Below the pieces are notes generated by a model that saw nothing but the letters and a program-made list of their open reading frames with translations, did not search any database and had not been told where the DNA came from. Of a stretch of 64,000 nucleotides of DNA, positions 34,392 to 43,710 are shown piece after piece (position 1 is the first letter of the stretch; the number at the start of each line of letters is the position of its first letter). The position numbers and the translations under genes were made by a program. The stretch is taken from contig JBBQDT010000004.1 of NCBI GenBank assembly GCA_038319955.1, positions 545-64,544 on the forward strand, in the 5' to 3' direction. This stretch comes from Gemmatimonadales bacterium. Its GTDB lineage: Bacteria > Gemmatimonadota > Gemmatimonadetes > Gemmatimonadales > Gemmatimonadaceae.

Positions 34392-35219
34392 CTACCTGCT
34401 TCGCTCGCCGGCCAGGCGATCGCGCCACGCGTCACCGAGGATGGTCGTCGCCAGCACGGTGAGTACCAGTGCGAAACCCGGCGCGAGGGCCACCCAGGGC
34501 GCCACGACGAGAAGATCGCGCCCCCCGGCAATCATGTTGCCCCAACTCGGCGCCGGGGGCTGAATGCCAAGTCCCAGAAACGACAATCCGCTTTCCAGCA
34601 GGATCGCATTGCCCACGCCGAGCGTCGTCGCCACGAGCGCTGGTCCGATCGCGTTCGGCAGCACGTGACGGAGCAGCACGCGCGACGACCGCGCACCAAG
34701 TGCCGTGGCTGCCGGCACGAAGGGCCGATGCCGCACCGCGAGCACCTCGCCGCGTATCAGCCGCGCAATGCCCATCCACCCGGTGAGCACGAGCACTGCG
34801 AGGATCGTCACCAGCCCCGGTTGCCACAGCGCCACGCCCACCAGCAACAGGACGAGCCGCGGCAGGGCCAACAGGAGGTCCGCCGCCGACGTGATGACGC
34901 GGTCGATCACGCCTCCGCGCCAACCGGCAACTGCGCCAAGCAGTGTCCCCACTAGTCCCGCCACCAGCGAGCCCACCACGCCGACCAGCAGCGAGAGCCG
35001 GCCGGCGAGCATCATGCGCACGAACAGGTCGCGTCCGAATCGATCCGTGCCGAAGAGGTGCCACACTCCGTGCGCATCCCGTCCGAACGGCGCCACCAGT
35101 CGGCGCGCCAGCACGTCGTCGATGCGGAGTGGGTCGCGCGACGCCAGCGCGGGCACGAGCACCACCGCGACCGTGAGCGCAATCAGCACCCCCACCGCGA
35201 ACCGCTCCGCGCGACTCAC
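34392..35219 (-). CDS. ABC permease, DppC/OppC-like (PepT family)
   Basis: GTG 35219 overlaps the stop of the upstream permease (GTGA). GTDRFGRDLF and the EAA-like region ATALGARSSRVLLRHVLPN fit DppC-type permeases. Confidence 0.85.
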   Translation of the reverse strand: MSRAERFAVGVLIALTVAVVLVPALASRDPLRIDDVLARRLVAPFGRDAHGVWHLFGTDRFGRDLFVRMMLAGRLSLLVGVVGSLVAGLVGTLLGAVAGWRGGVIDRVITSAADLLLALPRLVLLLVGVALWQPGLVTILAVLVLTGWMGIARLIRGEVLAVRHRPFVPAATALGARSSRVLLRHVLPNAIGPALVATTLGVGNAILLESGLSFLGLGIQPPAPSWGNMIAGGRDLLVVAPWVALAPGFALVLTVLATTILGDAWRDRLAGERSR

Positions 35220-36217
35220 TCGCGCACCCGCGGATCGGCCCACGGCAACAGCGACTCCGCGAGCAGGTTCGCGGCAATGACGAGCGCGGCGAACGTCGCT
35301 GCACAGCCCATCACCACTGGATAGTCGCGCGCCACGATCGATGTCACCATCAAGCGGCCCATGCCCGGCCACGCGAAGATCGTCTCGACGAACACCGATC
35401 CCGCCACCGTGCCTGGCAGGGCGAGCGCGAACAGCGTGAGCAGTGGTGCGCGCAGGTTGGCGAGCAGATGACGTCCGTACACGCGCTGCTCGTTCGCTCC
35501 CTTCGCGCGCGCCGTGCGCATCCAGTCGGCACCCATCGCGTCGAGCGCACCCGTGCGCACGTATCGCGCGACGCCGCCCGCACCGATGGCCGCCAGCAGC
35601 GTGACGGGAAGGATGGAATGTCGCAGCAGGTCGGCGATGTGCGCGAGCCCGGTCAGCTCCGCGCCGGGTGTCGTCATGCCGATGGCCGGTAGCCGCATGA
35701 ACAGCGGAAGGCTCCACGATGACGCGAGGTACGTGAAGCACGCGATGGCACCGAGACCGAGCCAGTACGCCGGCGACGCGACGAGCAGGACGCTCGCGGC
35801 AGTCACCGCGAAGTCGAGCCGCGTCCCGCGCCTCGCGGCCTGGATGAGACCGAGCACCGTGCCGATCGCGAACGAGAGCAGCAGGGACGCGCCGCCCAGG
35901 CCGAGCGAGACCGGCAGCGCGTCGGCGATGACGTTGCGCACCGGCCGCCGATCGACGAAGCTCTCGCCGAGGTGGCCGCCGAGCGACTCGCGGAGCCATC
36001 GTGCATATTGCACCGTCATCGACTGGTCGAGGCCGAGCGCACTGCGCATCCGCGCAGCGTCGTCGGCGCTCGCCCCTGGCGGCAGCAGGAAAGTGGCGGG
36101 ATCGCCCGGCGCGAGCCGGAGGAGCGCGAAGGTGAGCGAGAGGACGCACCAGAACAGGACGACGGCGCGGACGAGCGCACGCAAAAGGGCGGGGGATCGC
36201 ACGCGGTGATATCGCAT
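35216..36217 (-). CDS. ABC permease, DppB/OppB-like (PepT family)
   Basis: 333 aa. LLRLAPGDP and TARAKGANEQRVYGRHLLANL fit DppB-type permeases. Confidence 0.85.
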   Translation of the reverse strand: MRYHRVRSPALLRALVRAVVLFWCVLSLTFALLRLAPGDPATFLLPPGASADDAARMRSALGLDQSMTVQYARWLRESLGGHLGESFVDRRPVRNVIADALPVSLGLGGASLLLSFAIGTVLGLIQAARRGTRLDFAVTAASVLLVASPAYWLGLGAIACFTYLASSWSLPLFMRLPAIGMTTPGAELTGLAHIADLLRHSILPVTLLAAIGAGGVARYVRTGALDAMGADWMRTARAKGANEQRVYGRHLLANLRAPLLTLFALALPGTVAGSVFVETIFAWPGMGRLMVTSIVARDYPVVMGCAATFAALVIAANLLAESLLPWADPRVRE

Positions 36218-36226
36218 GGTGCACGA

Positions 36227-37816
36227 GTGCCGTCAACGCTCTCGTGCCGGACCATCCTGGTGGCGCTCGTCGTCATCCTCTCTTTCGCGTGCATTGCGCC
36301 GCAGCGCAGCCCGGGGGTGCTCGTCATGGCCTCCGGCGCGGACCTCGAGTCGGCGAACCCGCTCGTCACCGTGCATCCGCTCTCGCGACAGGTGCAGCGC
36401 TATGCCCTGTTTGTCACGCTCGTCCGCTACGATGCATCGCTCGCCGCGCAGCCGTACTTCGCGCGGCGCTGGGCGTGGAGCAGTGACGCGCGGACGCTCA
36501 CATTGTGGCTCGTCCCCGACCTCCTCTGGCACGATGGCATCGCCACCACCGCGACGGACGCCGCCTTCACCCTGCTGGCGGCGAAGGATCCCGCCACCGG
36601 ATTCGCACGGAGCGCGGAACTCGCCGCGCTCGACACCGCCGTCGCGCGCGACGACACCACGCTCGTGCTGCACTACTCCGTTCCGCAGACACGACTCCCC
36701 TCACTCCTCGCCGAGCTTCCGCTCGTGCCGGCGCATCGCTTGTCGTACGTTGCGCGTAGTACGATGCGCACGGCAGCGTTCAATGACTCGCCAGTCGGCA
36801 ATGGACCCTTTCGCTTCGTCAGCCGGAAGCGGGGAGCACGCTGGACCTTTGCGCGGAACGAGCACTTCCCGCCATCCCTTGGCGGACCTCCCGCACTCGC
36901 GGGCTTCGTGGTCGCCGTCGTCGACGAGGCGACCACCAAGTTCGCCGGCCTCGCCAGTGGTGAGCTCGACGTCGCCGGCATCTCGCCGACCATGGCGTCG
37001 CTCGCGGAGCGCGATGCCACGCTCCAATTGCTCACCTATCCCGTCCTCATCGGCACGGCACTGTGCTTCAACACCACGCGGCCCCCTTTCGACGACGCAC
37101 GCGTTCGTCGTGCCGTGGCGCGCTCCATCGAACGTCCACGGATCGTCGACATCGCGCTGGCCGGCTACGGCCGTGCCGCGTCATCGGCAATTTCGCCGGA
37201 CAATCCTCTCGCGTGGGAGCCCGCCGCGCAGCGTGACACGATGGACGCGGACTCGCTCCTCGATGCCGCTGGCTGGCGGCGTGGTACCGACGGGATACGG
37301 ACACGCGATGGGCGTCCGTTCACGGTGGAGCTCCTGACGGTGGGCAGTGGGGACAACGTCGCCGAGCAACTCGTCCAGAGCGATCTCGCTGCGCGCGGTA
37401 TTAGACTGACGGTTCGGCAGACCGAGATGGGCGCGTTCCTCACTGCCGCACGCGCCGTCCCCAAGACGTTCGATCTGCTGATGACCGGCATTCCCGGTGA
37501 CCTCTCGTTTTCGTACGTGAGCGCTCTCTTCAACAGCGCACAGCGCGGTGGAACACTGGACTACACGGGCTTCCATGATGTCGCGCTCGATCGCCTGCTC
37601 GACGGTGCCACGCGTGCACCTGACGGCCAGTCGCGCATGGCCGCCTGGCGCGACGTGCAGGTCGCGCTCGATTCACTCGCACCGGCCACGTGGCTGTATC
37701 ATTCCCGCGGCGTACAGGGACTCTCGCGACGCGTCGAGCACGTGCGCATGGACCTGCGCGGCGAGTTGGTCACACTGCACGACTGGCGTCTCGCGCCACC
37801 GGGACGGCGCTCGTGA
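36227..37816 (+). CDS. ABC substrate-binding lipoprotein, family 5 (peptide/oligosaccharide type)
   Basis: GTG 36227 gives the lipoprotein signal TILVALVVILSFAC. The body resembles SBP_bac_5 (ANPLVT..., WHDG...T, FNDSPVGNGPF). It lies only 9 nt from the divergent permease start, so the start is uncertain. Confidence 0.75.
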   Translation: MPSTLSCRTILVALVVILSFACIAPQRSPGVLVMASGADLESANPLVTVHPLSRQVQRYALFVTLVRYDASLAAQPYFARRWAWSSDARTLTLWLVPDLLWHDGIATTATDAAFTLLAAKDPATGFARSAELAALDTAVARDDTTLVLHYSVPQTRLPSLLAELPLVPAHRLSYVARSTMRTAAFNDSPVGNGPFRFVSRKRGARWTFARNEHFPPSLGGPPALAGFVVAVVDEATTKFAGLASGELDVAGISPTMASLAERDATLQLLTYPVLIGTALCFNTTRPPFDDARVRRAVARSIERPRIVDIALAGYGRAASSAISPDNPLAWEPAAQRDTMDADSLLDAAGWRRGTDGIRTRDGRPFTVELLTVGSGDNVAEQLVQSDLAARGIRLTVRQTEMGAFLTAARAVPKTFDLLMTGIPGDLSFSYVSALFNSAQRGGTLDYTGFHDVALDRLLDGATRAPDGQSRMAAWRDVQVALDSLAPATWLYHSRGVQGLSRRVEHVRMDLRGELVTLHDWRLAPPGRRS

Positions 37817-40518
37817 GCCTCCTCGTCACCGCCACGGAGCTCGAGGCGCGAAAGAGTGTCGCGCGCGGCGCACTCGAGCCGCTCGCCACCGGACTGCGCG
37901 CCGAGCTTGAGCCACTCATCGCGCAACCGCCCGAGCCACCGCGCGAGAAGGCACTGCTCAGCCGTTCCGGCGGTCGCTGCACGATCGACGGCTCGCTCCT
38001 CACGTTCGATCCGTACGACAAGCGACATCGCTGTCCGCGGTGTGGACGTGAATACGCCGGCGGCTTGTACGATCGCTTTCGCCTCTACTGGTACCAGCTC
38101 TGGCTCGCCGAACGCGTGCTGCATGCCGCGGTGCTCGGCGTCCTGCTCGCCGACGCCGAATGCATCAGGCTCGCCACGACCCTCCTCGATCGATTCGCCG
38201 AGCAGTACCTGCGATATCCGAACGCCGACAACGTCCTTGGACCGTCCCGGCCATTCTTCAGCACCTACCTCGAGTCCATCTGGCTCCTCCAGCTCACGTC
38301 GGCGCTCGACGTCCTGGAGTCCTGCATCGCGTTGCCGGAGCTCGCGTCGCTCGGCTCGCGCGTGCGCGACCGTCTCATCCGGCCGAGCGCGACGCTGATC
38401 GCATCGTACGATGAAGGCATGTCCAACCGGCAGGTGTGGAACAACGCGGCGCTCATGGCGGCGGCCCGCATGCTCGACGACCGCGTGATGTTCGATCGAG
38501 CGCTCCGCGGGCGCAGCGGATTGCACTCGCACCTCGTGAGCGCACTGCTTTCTGACGGAAGCTGGTACGAGGGCGAGAACTACCACTTCTTCGCGCATCG
38601 TGGCCTGTGGTATGGTGCGCGCATCGCGGCCACCGCCGGGCAGCCGTTGCCGGCGAATCTCGCCGCCCGCTTTCATGAAGGCTTCGCGGCGCCATTTCGC
38701 TCCGTGCTCCCCGACTTGACCTTCCCCTCGCGACGTGATTCGCAGTACGCGGTGAGTGTGCGACAACCACGTTTCGCCGAATCGTGCGAGCTTGGGCTAG
38801 CGGCGCACGACGATCTGCGGCTCACCGGAATGCTCGCGCAGCTCTACGACGAGTCCATTCCGCGCGGCAACACCGGACGAGTCGCCTCCTCCGCGGACGT
38901 CGAGCGAAATCTTCCCGGCACCGGGCTGCGACGCACCGATCTTTCCTGGCGCACGCTGCTCTTTGCTCGACCGTCGCTACCGGCACTCGTGGCGCAGCCG
39001 TTGCGCTCGGACCTGCTTCCCGCGCAGGGACTCGGCATTCTGCGACGCAACGAGGGGTCGCTCTATGTCTCGCTCGACTACGGGCATTCCGGCGGGGGGC
39101 ACGGACATCCCGACCGTTTGAACTTCACGCTGATGAATGGCGAGCGTCGGTGGTTCGACGACCCGGGCACCGGATCGTACGTCGATCCCTCGCTGCACTG
39201 GTATAGAAGCACGCTCGCGCACAACGCCCCCCTCGTCGATGGTCGCTCACAGCCACGTGTGCATGGGGATCTCCTCGCCTACGAGGACGACGATCGCAAG
39301 GGCTGGGTGAGTGCGCAGGCCGAGCTGGCCCCCGGTCTCGTCGTGCATCGCACAATTGTCTCGCTACAGGATTATGTCGTCGACGAGTTGCAGTGGGAGG
39401 GCGTGGGAATCCACGAGGTCGCGCTGCCGATCCATGGAGTCGCCGCGACGGCGGATTTCGCGAGAACGCCCGCGCCGATCGCCGGAGGAAGCGGCGAGGA
39501 GGACGGGTTCGCCTTTCTCACCGATACGGCGAGCATCACGCTGCGTGATGGCCCTGCGTTCGAATTGGTCGCGACGAGCGGCGACCTGCGTGGCTGGGTC
39601 TTCGCGGAGAAGGGCGTTACCCTCTGGAGTGCGTCCGCCCCCTGCGCACCAGGCACCGACGGAACGCTGCCGATGGTCCTGCTCCGCCAATCCGCGGCAA
39701 ACGGATCGTATCTCTCCGTGTGGAGTTGGAGCAGGGCCATTCGATCCGTCGAGCGCGATGGCGACGTCCTCACCGTGTTGTTTGCCGACGGCACCCGCCA
39801 GCGCCACCGGAGGGCGGCAGAGGGTTGGCTGATCGAGACCGCCGGTGACGACACGCGCCTCGTGGAGCTACGGGGCCGCGTCTCCCGCCTCGGCGACATC
39901 TCCCAGAGCGACTTCCAGACCACGCCCACACGCCCGTCGGCGCCACCAGCGACCATCGCGCTGCCCGCCAGCTTCGAGCTGGGCGAGTCGCACTATCGCC
40001 GCTCGGAATTCACCTGGCAGGGCGCTGGCGCGCCGCGCGCCGTCGTGACCGTCACACGCCCCACTCCCGGCACCGTACAGGTGGACGTCGAGGTGCCGTC
40101 GTCGCAGCGGCTGTTCGTGCCCCTCGTCACGGAGAATCAGCTCGACAACGAGCCGGCGTCCATCAACGGCGACAGCGTGCAGCTCTATGTGCTGGCGGGC
40201 GAGCGGATGGCGGGATTGCTGCTCGTCCCCGAGGTGGCATCGGTTGGTCAACGCAAGGTCGACGGCTGGACCAATGACCTCACCGTCGACGCGAAGTGGC
40301 GGCCTACCTCCTCTGGCTATCGCCTCGAGGCCACCATCCACATCGACGGCCGCACGCCGGAGTTCTCGCTCGACGTGCTCGTCAATGAAGTCGTGCCCGG
40401 CCGGGCACGGCGGCGGGGACAGCTCGTATTGTCAGGCGCCGACGGAGAATTCGTCTATCTTCGGGGAGATCGTCACGACCCGTCACGGTTGCTCCGCTTC
40501 TCGCTCGCGAATGCCTGA
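37813..40518 (+). CDS. Heparinase II/III-like (polysaccharide lyase-like) protein
   Basis: GTG 37813 overlaps the SBP stop (GTGA). There is an N-terminal Cys4 ribbon (CTIDG...CPRCG), and the HGHPDRLNF and LAHNAPLVDG motifs of the heparinase II/III C-terminal domain. Confidence 0.7.
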   Translation: MSLLVTATELEARKSVARGALEPLATGLRAELEPLIAQPPEPPREKALLSRSGGRCTIDGSLLTFDPYDKRHRCPRCGREYAGGLYDRFRLYWYQLWLAERVLHAAVLGVLLADAECIRLATTLLDRFAEQYLRYPNADNVLGPSRPFFSTYLESIWLLQLTSALDVLESCIALPELASLGSRVRDRLIRPSATLIASYDEGMSNRQVWNNAALMAAARMLDDRVMFDRALRGRSGLHSHLVSALLSDGSWYEGENYHFFAHRGLWYGARIAATAGQPLPANLAARFHEGFAAPFRSVLPDLTFPSRRDSQYAVSVRQPRFAESCELGLAAHDDLRLTGMLAQLYDESIPRGNTGRVASSADVERNLPGTGLRRTDLSWRTLLFARPSLPALVAQPLRSDLLPAQGLGILRRNEGSLYVSLDYGHSGGGHGHPDRLNFTLMNGERRWFDDPGTGSYVDPSLHWYRSTLAHNAPLVDGRSQPRVHGDLLAYEDDDRKGWVSAQAELAPGLVVHRTIVSLQDYVVDELQWEGVGIHEVALPIHGVAATADFARTPAPIAGGSGEEDGFAFLTDTASITLRDGPAFELVATSGDLRGWVFAEKGVTLWSASAPCAPGTDGTLPMVLLRQSAANGSYLSVWSWSRAIRSVERDGDVLTVLFADGTRQRHRRAAEGWLIETAGDDTRLVELRGRVSRLGDISQSDFQTTPTRPSAPPATIALPASFELGESHYRRSEFTWQGAGAPRAVVTVTRPTPGTVQVDVEVPSSQRLFVPLVTENQLDNEPASINGDSVQLYVLAGERMAGLLLVPEVASVGQRKVDGWTNDLTVDAKWRPTSSGYRLEATIHIDGRTPEFSLDVLVNEVVPGRARRRGQLVLSGADGEFVYLRGDRHDPSRLLRFSLANA

Positions 40519-41335
40519 GTCGAAACTCTCCAATATTTCCGTCGTTCTCTTCGAGGCACAGGATCCCGTGAACATCGGCGCTACCGTGCGCGCGATGAAG
40601 AACATGGGGTTCGCTTCGTTGCGGCTCGTGAACCCGTGCAAGTACGACCCCGTGCGCCTTGAAGGCATCGCGCACGACACGTGGGACATCATCCACGCCA
40701 TCGAGCACTTCGACACCTTCGACGCGGCGGTGGCGGACTGCGTGCGTCTCGTCGGATTCACCGCGCGGCGGCGCGCGGCGAAATGGCAACTGCTCAATCC
40801 GAAGGAGGCGGCCGAAGATGCGCTCGGCTACGCGGACGCTGGGCGCGTCGGCATCGTGTTCGGCCGCGAGGATCGCGGACTGCCGAACGAGATCCTCGAT
40901 CGAATTCACGCGGCCGTCACCATACCCACCACCGATCACGCGTCGCTCAACCTCGCGCAGGCCGTGCTCATCGCGCTGTACGAATTGCACCTCGCCTCTG
41001 GCGACGCCACGCGCGTGCTGCGTGGCCCGCGCAAGGAAGCGCCGCCGCCCACCGCCGACCTCTTCGAGCGCTACTTCACCGAGTTGCATCAGGCGCTCGA
41101 TGCCGTGCAGTTCTTCAAGACGCGCTATCCCGAGCACATCATGCGCTCGATCCGCGCACTGACGTTCCGCTCGACCCCCGACGACCGGGAGCTCTCGCTC
41201 CTGCGTGCCATGGCACTCGAGATCGTCCGCTTCCTCGAGCGCACGGGCCGCGTCGAGCGCTCTCTCCCGGAAGACGTCTCGCCGCGTCCGCCCCGTCACA
41301 TCACCGGGCGCGACACGAGCAGCAACGAGCATTGA
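40511..41335 (+). CDS. SpoU-family RNA 2'-O-methyltransferase (TrmJ-like)
   Basis: From ATG 40511, overlapping the previous gene by 8 nt: VVLFEAQDPVNIGATVRAMKNMG, IVFGREDRGLPNE and SLNLAQAV. Confidence 0.8.
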   Translation: MPESKLSNISVVLFEAQDPVNIGATVRAMKNMGFASLRLVNPCKYDPVRLEGIAHDTWDIIHAIEHFDTFDAAVADCVRLVGFTARRRAAKWQLLNPKEAAEDALGYADAGRVGIVFGREDRGLPNEILDRIHAAVTIPTTDHASLNLAQAVLIALYELHLASGDATRVLRGPRKEAPPPTADLFERYFTELHQALDAVQFFKTRYPEHIMRSIRALTFRSTPDDRELSLLRAMALEIVRFLERTGRVERSLPEDVSPRPPRHITGRDTSSNEH

Positions 41336-41366
41336 CGCGTCGCCCCGCCCACGCCCTCTTTCCGAC

Positions 41367-42689
41367 ATGGCTCTCTCACGATTCTTTGGCCGCGGCCGCG
41401 ATACGCCGCCCCCCCCTCCCGAGGACGACCTTCCCGAGGCCGAACCCGAGGAGGAGCCCACACCCGGTGATGACGCGAATCCCGAGCATGCGCCCGAGCG
41501 CAGTTGGCTCGCGCGCGCGGAGGACGTGTTGCCCACCGGCGCGTCGACGGGAAGCAAGCGCGCCGCCGCACTCTACGGCGGCGCCGTGGACGACCTGCCC
41601 ACGCATTTCTCCGCGGCGCGGGGCGCGATCGTCACCGACGTCAGCGGGATGCAATACCTCGACTGCACCATGGCGCTGGGCGCCGTCGCGCTTGGTTACG
41701 CGGAGCCGCGCGTCACCCAGGCAGTCGTCGACGCGGCCATGCAGGGCAATGTCAGCGGGCTCTCGAGCTGGCGCGAAGTGGAGCTCGCGGAGCGCCTCTG
41801 CTCGTTGATCCCCTTCGCGGAGCAGGTGCAGCTACTCAAGACCGGCGCCGAGGCGACGTCTGCGGCCATCAGGCTGGCGCGCGCGTACACCGCGCGCGAA
41901 CACGTCGTCGCGTGCGGCTACTTCGGCTGGCATGACTGGTCGTCCGACTCGCCGGGCGTGCCGGCCAGCGTTCGCAAGACGGTGTCGTGGGTGCCGTTCG
42001 ATGAAGTCGGCGCGCTGGATCTCGCGGTTGCTGCCGCAGGGACGTCGCTCGCCGCCATCGTGCTGGAGCCGGTCGTCGATCAGGCGCCATCCATCGAGTG
42101 GCTCACGCGAGCACGCGAGTTGTGCGATGCCGCCGGAGCCGTGTTGATTTTTGACGAGATCAAGACGGGATTCCGCGTCGCACCGGGCGGCTATTCGGAG
42201 GTCTGCGGCGTGCAGCCGGATCTCGCGTCGTATGGCAAGGCACTGGCGAATGGCTATCCGCTTGCCGCGGTCGTCGGGCGCAAGCCGATCATGGAGTGCG
42301 CACGCGAGTCCTGGATCTCGTCCACACTCGCGAGTGAAGCCACCGCAATTGCCGCGGCACTCGCCGTCCTCGACTGGCACGAAGAGGCCGACATCTGCGC
42401 GACGCTCGCCGAGACCGGCAGGGAGATGCGCGCAGCGGTGGATCGGGCGATCGTCGCCAGCGGCATCGATGGCGTCACTACCCTGGGCATCGACCAGATG
42501 TGGCTCACGAAGTGGCAGGATCCCGAGCGTGAGAATCGTTTCGTGGCGCATGCGATGCGCCAGGGCGTGCTCTTCAAGCGGGGTGCGTATAACTTCGCTG
42601 CCATTGCGCACGACGACGCCGCGCTGCGCGACATCGAGAGTGCGGCGAGCGCGGCGCTCGTCGCCCTCCTCGACGACGAACGCGCGTGA
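41367..42689 (+). CDS. Class-III aminotransferase (glutamate-1-semialdehyde aminomutase-like)
   Basis: From ATG 41367. LIFDEIKTGFR (PLP lysine context) and KALANGYPL. There is an unusual ~45-aa Pro/Glu/Asp-rich N-terminal extension. Confidence 0.8.
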   Translation: MALSRFFGRGRDTPPPPPEDDLPEAEPEEEPTPGDDANPEHAPERSWLARAEDVLPTGASTGSKRAAALYGGAVDDLPTHFSAARGAIVTDVSGMQYLDCTMALGAVALGYAEPRVTQAVVDAAMQGNVSGLSSWREVELAERLCSLIPFAEQVQLLKTGAEATSAAIRLARAYTAREHVVACGYFGWHDWSSDSPGVPASVRKTVSWVPFDEVGALDLAVAAAGTSLAAIVLEPVVDQAPSIEWLTRARELCDAAGAVLIFDEIKTGFRVAPGGYSEVCGVQPDLASYGKALANGYPLAAVVGRKPIMECARESWISSTLASEATAIAAALAVLDWHEEADICATLAETGREMRAAVDRAIVASGIDGVTTLGIDQMWLTKWQDPERENRFVAHAMRQGVLFKRGAYNFAAIAHDDAALRDIESAASAALVALLDDERA

Positions 42690-43528
42690 CCACCGTCGCG
42701 CCGCTCGGCGGCAGTACGCCGCTCGTCGACGCGCATGCCCACTTCTACCACGAGCACGCCGGCCGTTCCGACTGGGCTCGAGTGAATGCCGCGCGCCTGC
42801 GAGCCGGCGACGCCATCGGCGTTACGTATCACGTCGCCAGTGTGCTCGGTTCGTACGGCTTCACGTCGCCGACGTATTTCCCGTCACCCGACGACGTAGC
42901 GCGCGGCAACGACGCGATGGCCGCCATCGCCGCTTCCCAATTCGCGCGGGTGCGCTGGTACGTCACCGTCAATCCCAATCACACGGCTCACGCCCTGGCC
43001 GAGATCGAGCGAGGCGTCGCGCGTGGCGCCATCGGCGTCAAGCTGCTCGCGAGCCGTCGTGCCGACGATCCGCTCCTCGATCCGATCTGCACTGCGGCGG
43101 CCGCCAGGCGGCTCCCGGTGCTGCATCACATCTGGCAGCATCGGACGCGCGAGTGGCCGAACCAGGAGCTCTCCGACGGGCGCGATCTCGTCCGGCTTGC
43201 CGAGCGTCATCCTCAGGTGTCCTTCGTGCTCGCGCACCTCGGCGGCGGAGGCGACTGGGCACACACGCTGCCGGCGGTACGCGACACGCCGAACGTGTTT
43301 CCCGACCTGTCTGGCAGCGGCGTGGACCGCGGTATGCTCGACGCCGCGCTCGATGCCCTCGGCGCACAGCGGTTGCTCTGGGCCTGTGATCTCACCATGG
43401 AGACGGGCCTCGCCAAGCTGCGCGCCCTCGAGGTGATCGGACTGTCTGTTGATGACCTGGCCGACATTCGCTGGCGCAACGCGGCGCGTCTGTTTCCGGA
43501 TGACGCGTTTCCTCGGTGCGCGAGTTGA
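42686..43528 (+). CDS. Amidohydrolase 2 family (TIM-barrel metal-dependent hydrolase)
   Basis: A 4-nt overlap with the aminotransferase. N-terminal VDAHAHF (HxH) motif, then later VLAHLGGG and CD. Confidence 0.75.
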   Translation: MTTVAPLGGSTPLVDAHAHFYHEHAGRSDWARVNAARLRAGDAIGVTYHVASVLGSYGFTSPTYFPSPDDVARGNDAMAAIAASQFARVRWYVTVNPNHTAHALAEIERGVARGAIGVKLLASRRADDPLLDPICTAAAARRLPVLHHIWQHRTREWPNQELSDGRDLVRLAERHPQVSFVLAHLGGGGDWAHTLPAVRDTPNVFPDLSGSGVDRGMLDAALDALGAQRLLWACDLTMETGLAKLRALEVIGLSVDDLADIRWRNAARLFPDDAFPRCAS

Positions 43529-43550
43529 CATGAGCGGTTTGAGTCGAGAC

Positions 43551-43652
43551 GCGCGAACTTCGCGCGCTACGTTGCGTCGTTGTGCGTTGCGTCGTTGGGC
43601 TTTTCGTGGTTTCGCTTTTCGTGGTTTCGCTTTTCGTGGTTTGGCTTTTCGG
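43551..43652. repeat. Composite short-repeat spacer: palindrome GCGCGAAcTTCGCGC, 2x GTTGCGTCGTT, about 3.6x 15-mer GCTTTTCGTGGTTTC
   Basis: 15-mer units start at 43599, 43614, 43629 and 43644 (the last is partial). The 11-mer occurs at 43571 and 43586. The palindrome lies at 43551-43565. Confidence 0.85.
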
Positions 43653-43710
43653 AGTTCCGCAGTTTCGAACATCGACCCTTGTGACTCGTGATTCCTGAAA
43701 CGATCGGCGA

